DNA from: a virus | DNA: 64,000 bases | Virus record (IMG/VR): IMGVR_UViG_3300013233_000773 | Direction: 5' to 3' (one strand) | Shown: piece after piece, positions 38,178 to 48,341 of the stretch | Layout: each line of letters opens with the position of its first letter | How positions within the stretch are numbered: the first letter of the stretch is position 1 | The notes under the pieces: generated by a model | Seen by the model: only the letters and a program-made list of their open reading frames with translations | Databases searched by the model: none | Told to the model about the DNA's origin: nothing | Position numbers and translations under genes: made by a program

Positions 38178-39236
38178 TCACTCCCCAGGCTCTAGCTCCA
38201 TGCCGACCAGGACGTCCTCACCACCAGCCTCGTCAATAGTTTTGGGCAGAACCTTGGCCTCAAGGAGCTTCCTGAGGCCGTCACGGACCTCCTGAGCACC
38301 ACTGAGGAACTTCACAGCGTTCATCCACCCCATGCCTAGCTTCTGCTCGCCAATCGAGAAGCTGGTGCCCCTCCGCTGGATGACCTTATGCTTCAAGCCA
38401 AGGTCCAGCAGATCCCCCTCGGACGAGATACCATGATTGAACAGGATGACGAACTCCGCAGTCCGGAACGGGGGAGCCACCTTGTTCTTCACGACCTTGA
38501 CCTTAGTCTTGTTCCCGGAGAAGCCGGACTCCGAGCCAGAATCCTTCATACTACCTATCCTACGGATGTCCAGACGAACCGAAGCATAAAACTTCAAGGC
38601 ACGGCCGCCAGGAGTTACCGTCGGATCTCCGTGCCCAAAACTTCTGATCTTCTCCCTTATCTGATTGATGAACAGTAGACACGTGTTGGACCGGCGCACG
38701 GACCCCTTGAGCATCCGCAGGGCCTTCGACATCATCCTCGCCTGCGCCCCGACCTGCACGTCGTCCATTGCGCCCTCCAGCTCCTCCTTCGGCACGAGGG
38801 CGGCCACCGAGTCCACCACGACGACTCCGACTATTCCGGAATCAACGCACTTCTCCACGATCTGGAGAGCCTGCTGGCCGCTATCCGGCTGCGAGAACAG
38901 GAGCTTCCGCATGTCCACCCCTATGTTGATCGCATATTCCGGATCTACAGCGTGCTCGGCGTCGATATATGCGGCATGCAGCCCAGAAGCCTGCGCCTCG
39001 GCCACGACGGTCATCGCTAGGGTTGTCTTTCCGCTCGACTCCGGACCATAGATCTCGGCTATCCGCCCCCTTGGAAGGCCACCAACGCCAAGCGCGGCGT
39101 CCAGGCTAAGGCACCGAGTGGATATAGCATCGCACCGCTTGATGACGCCGCCCTCTCCGAACCTGACCGCATCGTCGCCAAAGTCGGTCCTTATCTGGTC
39201 AACGAGGTGTTCAATGTCGTTCTCTTCCTTAGCCAT
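38178..39236 (-). CDS. recA: recombinase RecA
   Basis: GGLPRGRIAEIYGPESSGKTT, VVDSVAAL, FINQIREK, GGRALKFYASVR, KNKVAPPF. Confidence 0.97.
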   Translation of the reverse strand: MAKEENDIEHLVDQIRTDFGDDAVRFGEGGVIKRCDAISTRCLSLDAALGVGGLPRGRIAEIYGPESSGKTTLAMTVVAEAQASGLHAAYIDAEHAVDPEYAINIGVDMRKLLFSQPDSGQQALQIVEKCVDSGIVGVVVVDSVAALVPKEELEGAMDDVQVGAQARMMSKALRMLKGSVRRSNTCLLFINQIREKIRSFGHGDPTVTPGGRALKFYASVRLDIRRIGSMKDSGSESGFSGNKTKVKVVKNKVAPPFRTAEFVILFNHGISSEGDLLDLGLKHKVIQRRGTSFSIGEQKLGMGWMNAVKFLSGAQEVRDGLRKLLEAKVLPKTIDEAGGEDVLVGMELEPGE

Positions 39237-39534
39237 CGTTCTCCTCCACACTGTGCACGTCAAGGACACGTTCAAGGTCCTTCCTTGTTCGAATACTCCG
39301 CGCGAGCTTCGCGGCGGACTGCGGATCATATGAGCCAACCTTGACCACGTCCTCCTGTGGAACCTGTATAAGGGTATGATTCCTGGCGAGCAGCAGCATA
39401 TCACTGCCCTCCACCCCGGCCACGACCGTCCAGGTACCCATGGGAGAGGCCGACGCCCCCGCAGGCCCGGAGACCCACGCCACGCGCCGCACGGACAGCA
39501 GCCTTACGAAATCGAACCTTCCAATCATGGTCAA
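39229..39534 (-). CDS. hypothetical protein
   Basis: Overlaps the recA start; fills gap. Confidence 0.45.
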   Translation of the reverse strand: MTMIGRFDFVRLLSVRRVAWVSGPAGASASPMGTWTVVAGVEGSDMLLLARNHTLIQVPQEDVVKVGSYDPQSAAKLARSIRTRKDLERVLDVHSVEENDG

Positions 39535-39571
39535 AGATATCTACGGAAAACCGGAACGGCGGAGAATCTCC

Positions 39572-40048
39572 ATGCGCAAACAAGAGAAGACCGTACTCGA
39601 GGCGATAAAGAGCATACTCGGAACCGGCAAGACCAAGCACGGAATAGTGGACGTAGACCGTGACGAGACCTCGCACCGGTTCGAGCACGAATGGAACTCC
39701 ATAGAAGCAGAGTTCGCCCTCAAGTGCGCAGGTTCCCCACACCTGGACGGCCTCACGGCCGCCTTCCACGACATCCACAGCTACAAGTACCTCGACGACC
39801 CAACCTTCAACGTCTCCCTCGAAAAGAGAATGACCGCGACCGGCATCCCAGCAGAGGACCGCACCAAGGCCCAGAAGGCCCTCGGCGACATGCTCAACGA
39901 ACGCAAGGACATGGCCGAGAAGGACACAGGCTGGCATCCACAGCTAGACGAAATAGCCGACATGACCCGGAACGCCGACAACCGCGACGCCAAGATCACC
40001 ACCCCCTACACTGGAGGCGGACCCGCCCCGTCCGAAGACGGCCAATGA
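39572..40048 (+). CDS. hypothetical protein
   Basis: ATG 39572 with GGAGA; CAAAGATA at 39532-39539. Confidence 0.65.
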   Translation: MRKQEKTVLEAIKSILGTGKTKHGIVDVDRDETSHRFEHEWNSIEAEFALKCAGSPHLDGLTAAFHDIHSYKYLDDPTFNVSLEKRMTATGIPAEDRTKAQKALGDMLNERKDMAEKDTGWHPQLDEIADMTRNADNRDAKITTPYTGGGPAPSEDGQ

Positions 40049-40281
40049 AGCTGGACTCCCTCAGCGGAATGAGTCCACTGGAGGCCGCGCTGGCCACCAA
40101 CCCACTTATGAAGGACATCTCCAAGCGGACCTACATGCACCAATGGCAGGACTCGGACAAGATAGAACGACAAAAGCAACCAACCCTACGCACACAGGTC
40201 GGGAACGGCGGAGACTCCTACCTCGAGGCCAGACCACGGCTAAAGAAGTACTTCGGAGGATCGTTCGCAAGGGCCCTCTAA
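40045..40281 (+). CDS. small hypothetical protein
   Basis: ATGA overlap, MKLDSLSG. Confidence 0.55.
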   Translation: MKLDSLSGMSPLEAALATNPLMKDISKRTYMHQWQDSDKIERQKQPTLRTQVGNGGDSYLEARPRLKKYFGGSFARAL

Positions 40282-40282
40282 C

Positions 40283-40723
40283 ATGAAGAGCATAGGCATA
40301 CTGAACAACGTCCTGCTGGCCAAGATCAACTCCCAGGCAGGGCCCGGAAACCAGTTCCAGGTGCTCGGTCTCGACAACAGACCCAGGATAGACGCAGGAT
40401 CGCTCGGAGCCCAGAGTGGACTCGGCGTCGAAGACTTCACCATCTACGACACCAAGGTAGTCCCGGACGACAACACAGTCAACATAAGGCAGGTGTCCGT
40501 CAACTTCCTGGCGTCGTTCGGAACCGTCCTGTCCTACGTGGCCCCGGGTCTCTCCGGACTGAGCCAGGACCAGCTCCGCAGCACCATATTCAACGCGCTA
40601 AACCAGAGCGCCGGAAAGGTCCAGGAAGGACCGGGAGACGAGAACGGCAACGAAAGGTTCATGTTCGTGATGGGCAGCACCAACGCCACCTTCCGCAAGC
40701 GTCCCCCGGTATGCCTGCGCTAG
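40283..40723 (+). CDS. hypothetical protein (possibly virion)
   Basis: Follows the previous gene by 1 nt. Confidence 0.65.
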   Translation: MKSIGILNNVLLAKINSQAGPGNQFQVLGLDNRPRIDAGSLGAQSGLGVEDFTIYDTKVVPDDNTVNIRQVSVNFLASFGTVLSYVAPGLSGLSQDQLRSTIFNALNQSAGKVQEGPGDENGNERFMFVMGSTNATFRKRPPVCLR

Positions 40724-41568
40724 ACATTGAGAAGGCCCATTCCACCACACTTCTTGCACTGAACCTGCTTTCCCCTATCCTTGACCGCGCCAAGGCCCTT
40801 GCACAGGGTGCAGTCGCGCACATCCGGGCCACTCTTGGCAAACGAGTGAAACGAGTCGCCGTCCAGTGACTCCCTTGCGAGCCTCTTGAATCGCTCCTGG
40901 ATCACCCTGTCGTCCACGCTCACTATATTGGTCATGGACTTGCCGCTTATGTTGCTCACGGTCTCCCTGGGGATCTCCACGGTCCGCGGGCCAGCCTTGA
41001 TCCTCTGTACGTCCAGGACCCTAGTCACCGGCTTCACCTTCTTGGCGTCGGACGGCAGCTCCCCCGCATCGACCCCAGCACTGATCTCCTGCTGCACCGC
41101 CTCCGTCGGATCGACCTCCTGATGCTGCTCGATCTGGACTCCACCGACCTTCCCGCCTATCGACCGTGCCCTCCGCACCTTCCGGGCCCTCCTCCCGCTG
41201 ACGTCCACCTCCGCACCAAGCTCCTCACCCGGACTAGGCTTTCCTGGCTCCGCTACGGCCTGGACCGACCCAGTCTCCTCGGAGACTACCTCCACAGCAT
41301 CGCTGCGGGCCGTGCTCGACGCCAACACGAGGCCTGTACTGCTCTCCTCTCCGGTCATTCCGAACTCGCTAAGGACCTCTAGGGCCTCCTTTACCTTGCG
41401 GAGCTTCTCGACAAGGAGCTTCTTGACGGTCCGCGGAGTCATGTCGTCGGAATGCTCCTCACAGACACCGACGACGTACTCGCTCCCATCGATCCTGACG
41501 CCCATCGTCACGGAAACATCGGCGGAACCGCACGATATGCACGACTTCCTCAGTCTAGAAAGGTTCAT
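40720..41568 (-). CDS. hypothetical protein with N- and C-terminal zinc fingers
   Basis: CISCG...CEEH; DnaJ-like CTLCKGLG...CKKCGGMG. Confidence 0.7.
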   Translation of the reverse strand: MNLSRLRKSCISCGSADVSVTMGVRIDGSEYVVGVCEEHSDDMTPRTVKKLLVEKLRKVKEALEVLSEFGMTGEESSTGLVLASSTARSDAVEVVSEETGSVQAVAEPGKPSPGEELGAEVDVSGRRARKVRRARSIGGKVGGVQIEQHQEVDPTEAVQQEISAGVDAGELPSDAKKVKPVTRVLDVQRIKAGPRTVEIPRETVSNISGKSMTNIVSVDDRVIQERFKRLARESLDGDSFHSFAKSGPDVRDCTLCKGLGAVKDRGKQVQCKKCGGMGLLNV

Positions 41569-41571
41569 GGC

Positions 41572-41979
41572 ATGGCCTCCGGCTCCGACAAGATCGACCT
41601 CGACATTAAGTACTTCCTGACGACCTCACCAGGCCCCATACCGAAAGCGACCATCAAGGCCATCGACCACGCGGTCAGCCTGGAAGGAGCGGTCGAAGCG
41701 CGCATAAGGAAGGTCGCCCCAAGGCACGGACCGACCGAACAGGACCTCCACAGGACCCTACACGGCCTGCTAAAGGCCGCCCAGCACGGGCAGGGACTGG
41801 CCAAGACGCAGCTGCTGGAACTGGCCAGCGTCAAGAAAGACAGGCTACCCATCCTCGTCAAGAGACTGCGGAAGATGCTCGGAACGGAAGGGCAGTACGT
41901 CCTCGAAAGGAAGGGAACCGGAAAGGCTACATCCTACCTTCTGAAGGTCGACCACCGGCGAACCTCAGGATCCGCCTGA
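41572..41979 (+). CDS. hypothetical basic protein
   Basis: MASGSDKID; divergent ORF. Confidence 0.5.
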   Translation: MASGSDKIDLDIKYFLTTSPGPIPKATIKAIDHAVSLEGAVEARIRKVAPRHGPTEQDLHRTLHGLLKAAQHGQGLAKTQLLELASVKKDRLPILVKRLRKMLGTEGQYVLERKGTGKATSYLLKVDHRRTSGSA

Positions 41980-42856
41980 CGCATCCCGTCACGTCCATCA
42001 TGTCATCCCACTGTGCATTGCTGCCGACGCACAGCACCCCGAGCTCCTCCAGCCAGCCAAGGTCGGGAGGAGACCCGACCGGAACTGCGCCCGGAATCCT
42101 CCTTGCGTCGACTATGTCAAGGTCGTATCCCAGACAGCTTCCGAAGTGCAGGTACGGATTGTCCACCGGCTCGAACGTGAAAAAGACATGCTCAGACACG
42201 CCCGTCCTAACCACCTTGTAGAACCCAATGTCAAGGTCACTGACAAGACACTGCCCGGCTCCCTCCAGATCGACCCTTGATGACACTATCCGGTACGCGC
42301 ACGAATCCCTCGCGCGAAGACCAGAAGCATCCCTCCCGCAGAGTCCCAGGAAGGCATCCAGCGGAACAGTGCTCACCAGCCTGTCGTACTCGAGCTCGCC
42401 GCTGGAGCACCTGACCCTCCTTGCCGACAGGTCAATGGACAGGACCTTGCCTATCTCGGCCGCTCCCTGGATCTCGTCCCAGAACTTCCTCTGAAGCCCA
42501 GCATAGAGCTGCATTACCGTGCCGGCGAAGGTCATGAAGGCCGTCTCCAGGGCCTTGGCGGCATGCACTGGCACGCTCTCCCCATATACCTTCCTGAGGT
42601 ATGGGTCGACCACCATCGGATGCGCATTGTAGAACAGCTGACCTTGATAGGAGAAAGGACGCTTGTACATCAGCTTCGGGCCGCAGTCCCCAAGGACGTC
42701 GCCCAGACCATCGACGTCGGCGTACCGTATGAAGTCGTCCGCCAAGGGACGGTCGAACGAATAGTATCTGGACTTCCTAAACGGCACCATCCTTGCACCG
42801 TCCAGGATTAGACGGGCCAGGCATCCAATGACCCCGGAACCGAGGATGACAGTCAT
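41927..42856 (-). CDS. FAD-dependent oxidoreductase / mutase-like protein
   Basis: VILGSGVIG Rossmann motif, YDRLVSTVPLD, VGSNAQW. Confidence 0.65.
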   Translation of the reverse strand: MTVILGSGVIGCLARLILDGARMVPFRKSRYYSFDRPLADDFIRYADVDGLGDVLGDCGPKLMYKRPFSYQGQLFYNAHPMVVDPYLRKVYGESVPVHAAKALETAFMTFAGTVMQLYAGLQRKFWDEIQGAAEIGKVLSIDLSARRVRCSSGELEYDRLVSTVPLDAFLGLCGRDASGLRARDSCAYRIVSSRVDLEGAGQCLVSDLDIGFYKVVRTGVSEHVFFTFEPVDNPYLHFGSCLGYDLDIVDARRIPGAVPVGSPPDLGWLEELGVLCVGSNAQWDDMMDVTGCVRRILRFAGGRPSEGRM

Positions 42857-43374
42857 CGCCAACAGCCCAAGTCCCACGAAGCCACGATGTCCTCGACGTC
42901 GCTCAAACCGGAAGGAGGCTCCGGCATTCCGTCGAGGACACGAGGAAGTGCTACCGTATCCATCGACACCGTGCCCTCATAGGCCTCGAAGCCATCGGTG
43001 TACGGAGCATGCCCGAGATGCATCTCGGAGGCGTAGAACGATCCCTCAGCCACCGGGTCTACGAACACGTCCTGCTCAGCTGCCCCCTCCTCCTCCGGAT
43101 CGATGATCTTCTGTCCGACGTTCTGCACCACCGTGCCAGAGGCGGACACGGAAGCGTCCGGACCACACGCAGCGCAGGTCACCGGAACCACCTCAAGGCC
43201 GACAGTGATCCCAGCATCGAACGTGACCATACCACCACAGGACGGACATGTGGTCTCGTACGTCAAGGCCCGCACGACGTTCCCCTCGCCGTCCATCTCG
43301 AACTCGACCGGACGCCCAGTCAGGCGCTCCCCATAGACGTCGACCATCACCCTATCGAACGGATTATCTCCCAT
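42853..43374 (-). CDS. hypothetical acidic zinc-ribbon protein
   Basis: CPSCGG...CAACG. Confidence 0.6.
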   Translation of the reverse strand: MGDNPFDRVMVDVYGERLTGRPVEFEMDGEGNVVRALTYETTCPSCGGMVTFDAGITVGLEVVPVTCAACGPDASVSASGTVVQNVGQKIIDPEEEGAAEQDVFVDPVAEGSFYASEMHLGHAPYTDGFEAYEGTVSMDTVALPRVLDGMPEPPSGLSDVEDIVASWDLGCWR

Positions 43375-43615
43375 CGCCCGACTCCCCGATTACGCGCCTG
43401 ACCCGCTCCATTATCCCATCCCAGCACGACCTGCACAAGTCCAGATCCATGAACCTCCGGTCGATCTCCTTAGGACCAACCTTCTGGGCGACGCTGTCCA
43501 CGGAGACCAGGTCGACCTTCGCGCTATAGTACTCGAACACATTCTGATGCACGGAACCGCACAGATCGCACCGGATACCTGTACACTTGCCGTTGGCGTA
43601 GTGACCGGCCACCAA
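43364..43615 (-). CDS. small zinc-finger protein
   Basis: CDLCG...DLCRSC. Confidence 0.6.
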   Translation of the reverse strand: MVAGHYANGKCTGIRCDLCGSVHQNVFEYYSAKVDLVSVDSVAQKVGPKEIDRRFMDLDLCRSCWDGIMERVRRVIGESGDGR

Positions 43616-43622
43616 AAGGCTC

Positions 43623-44996
43623 CTAGTACTCGAAGACGAACCTCGCCCTGCGCAAGCCCCACTTCCTCACGTATCCGCGCTCGGCTGCAAGCTCCGCCTC
43701 CCTCATCCCCATCTTCCGGGCATGGTTGTACATCGTCTTCTTGTGCATCACGAACCCGTCCCGGTCTACGTACCAGTATGAGCGACCAGACCACCCATCG
43801 AACTTCCAGTTGCACGCCCGGTACACCGACCCAGAATGCCCGAACGTACCGTCCGCAAACGACAACAGCAGCCTAGTGGACGACCTGACGCCGCGCAGCA
43901 TCCGCATCGACCTGGACAAGAACCAGCTCAGCAGATTTCTGTTCTCATATCCAGCCCTCCTGCACAGCCTGGTAAGCTCCCTCACCTCCCCAGGGCTCCG
44001 CCCGAGCCTGATCAGGCTCTCATTCCTCGTCACCCCGGCAAACGTGCACACCGCGACCAGTTCGCCATCCATCACGGCTCCGAACCTTATCTGGCTACGG
44101 CCATGGCCCAGCGAATAGGTATAGTGATACTTCTGGATAAACTCCACGGCCTCACGGTTTCCTATCGGGACTACCGAAAGGTCCGACAGGTCCACGTGGA
44201 CCATGCCCACGTCCGCACCCGTCCATGAGCGCACGAGCTCCACCACCTTGCCCCTACACAGGAACTCATGTTCCCATATCGTCCTGACCTTAAGCTCCGG
44301 AAAGTACCGCTCCACATAGGTCGTCTTCGCCTTGTCGTTCCTTACGTGCACCGGAGTGTTGTGGAAATAATCACCATTGCACTCTATCAGGACTCCATGA
44401 TCGGGCAGAAAGCAGTCGAACGCATAATGCCCGATCCTGTGCTCCGGCACGTGCTCGACACCGAGCTCATCAAGGATCGCATAGAGCGTCCTCTGGATGC
44501 CTGAGATCCTCGGCATCGGAGCAAAGATGCCGGTCCCAGCCTCCCTCTGGGAGTCCAGGATCCTCCTTCTCTTGGCGCGGTATCCGTCGTCCAGCCAATA
44601 CCTGCAACGAGCGGCGCAGACCCTCTGACGGTACCCCTCATCCTCTGCGAACTTCCTGCTAACCGTCTCTCCTATCCTCCTACGGACTTCCCCTGACATG
44701 GCCTCCCTACTGCGCCTGCTCCTCTCCTCGCCGGACAGTCCATCCCAGAACGCCCTGGATGCCCTAGACGCCCTCTCCCTGGCCTCCCTGGAGGACCAAG
44801 CCCTAGCCTGCGAGGACTTGCGCGCAGCGACGACGACCGGATGCCTGCGGTAGCACTTAGGGCATAGGTAGGATCCCACGTTACACGCCTGTCTCCTGCA
44901 CTTACGGCGGTGCTCCTTCGGGACCACGCGGTCCTCCCTGCCACACTCCGAGCAGCGCGCAGTGTTCCCGGACAGGCACTGGTCGAAGTCTACCAC
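43623..44996 (-). CDS. second Hef-like endonuclease / Mom-like GNAT fusion
   Basis: Zn finger, basic repeats, FDCFL...LIECNGDYFH...DKAK; YHY...ELTRLC...LSFADGTFGHSGSVYRACNW. Confidence 0.75.
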   Translation of the reverse strand: MVDFDQCLSGNTARCSECGREDRVVPKEHRRKCRRQACNVGSYLCPKCYRRHPVVVAARKSSQARAWSSREARERASRASRAFWDGLSGEERSRRSREAMSGEVRRRIGETVSRKFAEDEGYRQRVCAARCRYWLDDGYRAKRRRILDSQREAGTGIFAPMPRISGIQRTLYAILDELGVEHVPEHRIGHYAFDCFLPDHGVLIECNGDYFHNTPVHVRNDKAKTTYVERYFPELKVRTIWEHEFLCRGKVVELVRSWTGADVGMVHVDLSDLSVVPIGNREAVEFIQKYHYTYSLGHGRSQIRFGAVMDGELVAVCTFAGVTRNESLIRLGRSPGEVRELTRLCRRAGYENRNLLSWFLSRSMRMLRGVRSSTRLLLSFADGTFGHSGSVYRACNWKFDGWSGRSYWYVDRDGFVMHKKTMYNHARKMGMREAELAAERGYVRKWGLRRARFVFEY

Positions 44997-47464
44997 AGCA
45001 CCTGTCCCTCCGAGTACACGTCAAGTTCCTCCTCCGGAGAGGACGCCTCTCCGCGCCGGCTCAGGGGGACTATCACGGACCGAGGCCCTATCTTGAAGCT
45101 GTCCCTCTCCCTATCGTACACGACGTTCATCCTGATCCCGGCTCCCTCCTGCAGGGCCCTCTTGTCGGACGAACCATAGGCGTCCGCCCACACGAAAACC
45201 CTAGCCGTCCGTATCCCGTCATTGACGTGCAGCACATAGAACTGATTGCCCGCCTTGGACGACCTACTCTCTATCTTCTCCACCACGCCCTCAAGCGTAC
45301 CGCCGACCTTCGCCCTCTCGACCGTATGGCCATGTGACCGGAAGGCCTCCATCGGAGAGCTCCAATAGTGTCCGAGAAACTCCTTCTCCATCTCCAGACG
45401 CTCAGCCAGGGACCAGTCCGTCCCGACCGTGGACATGACCTGCCCCCTGGTAACCGTTATCTTAGGTCTCCACTTCGCGATCTTGGACGGCAGCTTCTTC
45501 CTCCTGGGATATAGCTTGAAGTACTCGCTCGCCTGCCTCGCGCGCTCCTTCTCTACCTTCTCCTGCGGCCACTCGAACTTGGCTTCTATCTCCCGGCGGA
45601 GAGCCGTTATCTCCTTTCCAGAGCAGTACTTGTAGAGATACCAGGTCCAGAGAGCCTTCCTGTTCGGATGGATGGAGTCGAACCCACCCAGCTTTATGAG
45701 CCTCTCGAAGATCCTCTTGTCCTTCCCGCACCGCTCGACCATCTCGTCCACGTCACGGAAGGGACCACATACCGACGCAAGCTTCTCCGCCGCCTTGTCT
45801 CCAATTCCCTTGACGGACGCGAGGCCGGGCAAGACCTGGTCCCCACTGACGGTAAAGTCCTTCTCAAGGGAGTTGACGTCCATGGGGGCAAACTCCACGC
45901 CGTCCGACCTTGCCGAGCCCATGTAGCTGCTCATCTTATAGGCAGGACAGGCTGACAGGACTGCAGCCCACCATTCGGCCGGATAGTGCGCCTTGAGATA
46001 CAGGCACCTGTAGGTCATGATGCTGTAGGCCACGGCATGGGACTTATTGAATGCGTATCTCCCAAAGGTAACCATCTGGTCCCACCATTTCCGCGCCTCC
46101 TCCTCGCCGAGCTCCTTGCCGGCCCCGGACATCCACCTCTCCTCGACCCCAGGAAGCTTGTCCAGCCACTTCTTGGAGACTATCTTGCGGGCCTTCTCCG
46201 CCTCAGGAACAGTGAACCTACCAATCTGGATCCACACCGCAGTGAGCTGCTCCTGAAAGCAAATTATCCCATGCGTCTCCTCAAGGATGCGCACGATCCT
46301 AGGATCCATCCCTTTCCTCCAGGACCCCGAATGATCATCGCGCCGCCTGATGTACTCCGGAATCATGTCCATCGGACCCGGACGACCGAGAGCATTATAC
46401 ACGATCAGGTCCCAGAAGTCCCTAACGCCACCGTCCGAAATGATCCCCTTCTGGATGTCAGTCTCGATCTGGAATACAGAGTCCGTCCGCAGATCATTGC
46501 ACATCCGGAGAGCCTCGACGTCGTTGAACGAGATCGGCTCCCTCCTCCCGTCCCTCTCAAGATATCCTGCGACCGGAAGATCGGACCTCGGATCCATCCC
46601 GTCCCAGACGACCAGGACGCCCCTATTGCGCAAGACAAGGTTCCCCGCCTGCCAGACATAGAACATCGTCTTCAAGCCGAGGACGTCGAACTTGATGAGC
46701 CCGAACTTCGAGAGCTGCATGCTCCGGCCCTCGGTCCACTGGCTCGTCCATGTCCCCTTCATCCTAGACAGGGGCACCACCCCACGCAGGTCCCTATCCG
46801 CAATCACGATCCCACCCGCATGCGTAGACTGCGCGCGTATCTTGCCCACGAGCCGAAAGGCCAGATCGACTATCTCCGGATGCTCACTCCTGTACCGCAT
46901 AAACTCCTCAAGACGAGAAGCGTCCACATGAGCCTGCCTGCGCACCTCCGGATCCGGATCCTCTGCGCGCTCAACAAGGCCATCTATGTCCCCCAGCGAC
47001 ATGTCGTCGAACTCGTCCGGAAGACCCTTGGTCATCCTGGACACTGCACGCCAGTCCGCCCCGAGCGCACGCGCCACGTCCGTCAGAGCACTCCTTGGCT
47101 TATACGTCACCCAGTTTCCTATACTGCAGACATGCACATACCTCTCCCTGGCATATTGCTTGATCGTCTCCCGCGCATGCGGCAAGAAGTCAAGGTCTAT
47201 GTCAGGGAAGTCCGTGAGCCGCACCCATTCATGCGAAACTGCCTCGGCCACGGGATCGACGGGAGTCATCCCAAGGAGAAACGGTATGACAAGGCCGTTC
47301 TGATTGTGTTCCCACCTACGCCCCTCAGACACGCACTCGGTCCAGTATGTCTCCGCGCCCTGCTTCGAAATCTCGGCGACCTCAGTCTGAAGACGCTCGA
47401 CATACTCCCCACCCCTCACGGCAGCAGCCGCTGACGCTCTAGAGCACACCTCGTCCCAGTCCAT
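44990..47464 (-). CDS. dnaE: DNA polymerase III alpha subunit, C-terminal catalytic part
   Basis: FPDIDLDF, THAGGIVI, KFDVLGLKT, VFQIE, RPGPM, FQEQ, YAFNKSHAVAY, OB fold. Confidence 0.93.
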   Translation of the reverse strand: MDWDEVCSRASAAAAVRGGEYVERLQTEVAEISKQGAETYWTECVSEGRRWEHNQNGLVIPFLLGMTPVDPVAEAVSHEWVRLTDFPDIDLDFLPHARETIKQYARERYVHVCSIGNWVTYKPRSALTDVARALGADWRAVSRMTKGLPDEFDDMSLGDIDGLVERAEDPDPEVRRQAHVDASRLEEFMRYRSEHPEIVDLAFRLVGKIRAQSTHAGGIVIADRDLRGVVPLSRMKGTWTSQWTEGRSMQLSKFGLIKFDVLGLKTMFYVWQAGNLVLRNRGVLVVWDGMDPRSDLPVAGYLERDGRREPISFNDVEALRMCNDLRTDSVFQIETDIQKGIISDGGVRDFWDLIVYNALGRPGPMDMIPEYIRRRDDHSGSWRKGMDPRIVRILEETHGIICFQEQLTAVWIQIGRFTVPEAEKARKIVSKKWLDKLPGVEERWMSGAGKELGEEEARKWWDQMVTFGRYAFNKSHAVAYSIMTYRCLYLKAHYPAEWWAAVLSACPAYKMSSYMGSARSDGVEFAPMDVNSLEKDFTVSGDQVLPGLASVKGIGDKAAEKLASVCGPFRDVDEMVERCGKDKRIFERLIKLGGFDSIHPNRKALWTWYLYKYCSGKEITALRREIEAKFEWPQEKVEKERARQASEYFKLYPRRKKLPSKIAKWRPKITVTRGQVMSTVGTDWSLAERLEMEKEFLGHYWSSPMEAFRSHGHTVERAKVGGTLEGVVEKIESRSSKAGNQFYVLHVNDGIRTARVFVWADAYGSSDKRALQEGAGIRMNVVYDRERDSFKIGPRSVIVPLSRRGEASSPEEELDVYSEGQVLW

Positions 47465-47935
47465 CTAGAACACCCCACTGAAGGACTCATTGCCCGCCCT
47501 GGCCGAGGTCACCAGCTCCTCACGCATCGACTCCAGCTCATCCGGAGAAGGGATGACCGAACACCTCCCATATTCAAGGGACAGGTCGCGGACTGTCCAG
47601 ACCAGACCCGGATCCTTCACCGCCTCGACCCGCCACGTGTCCACGAGCGTGCGCTCCAGGACCAGAGCGGCATAACTGCACGTTGTGCGCACCACCATAG
47701 TCGTCCCCGCCCGCGCGTCCTCCCCGACGCTCCTGAGGATATACTCCATGGCCTTCAGCTCAAGCTGTCTAGCCTTGATGACCATCCCGCCTGCATGGAC
47801 GATGCGCCTGAACCCATGCTTACCGCATGCAGCCGACGCGCTGAACCACGCGCCGTATGGAGACTGCCTAAAGACCACTGCCCTTGCCTCAACCAGAGCT
47901 CCCGTTCCCGGCTTCACCACCTCCATCAGGTCCAT
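47465..47935 (-). CDS. RNase H-fold-like protein, degenerate
   Basis: QLELKAMEYIL...VVRTTCSY...VKDPGLV resembles RNase HI helix A / TDSQY / VKNxDL. Confidence 0.45.
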   Translation of the reverse strand: MDLMEVVKPGTGALVEARAVVFRQSPYGAWFSASAACGKHGFRRIVHAGGMVIKARQLELKAMEYILRSVGEDARAGTTMVVRTTCSYAALVLERTLVDTWRVEAVKDPGLVWTVRDLSLEYGRCSVIPSPDELESMREELVTSARAGNESFSGVF

Positions 47936-48338
47936 TTCGCTCCTCCAGAATTGATTGTATGCCTCCGACCGCCACCCCGGCGGACGACAGTACTCTTGCG
48001 GACCTACGGCACGCCGAGACAAGCCCACTCTTGCCCACCAGGAGTGCATCCAGTGAATCCACCGCGACCCGCCCGGCCACGGCCCCTATCGGACCACACC
48101 CCTGCGCAACCATCCTCTCCGCCAGGCCCCTCGCCACGGCACCGACCGGCCCGCACGTCACGTACTCCGCGTCAGCCCAGAACCTAGACTCGTCCCCGTC
48201 AAGATACGAGCGTACCAGGTCCGGCCACTTCGCGAGATATCCGGACGCCGCAGCCAGGCTCCCACAGGACGCCACAAGCAGTCCAATAGAATGCTCCGCC
48301 TCGGACAGCACCCTCCTGAACGAAACCTCATCCACCAT
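47889..48338 (-). CDS. hypothetical protein
   Basis: Between the two dnaE parts. Confidence 0.55.
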   Translation of the reverse strand: MVDEVSFRRVLSEAEHSIGLLVASCGSLAAASGYLAKWPDLVRSYLDGDESRFWADAEYVTCGPVGAVARGLAERMVAQGCGPIGAVAGRVAVDSLDALLVGKSGLVSACRRSARVLSSAGVAVGGIQSILEERNGPDGGGEAGNGSSG

Positions 48339-48341
48339 TCC

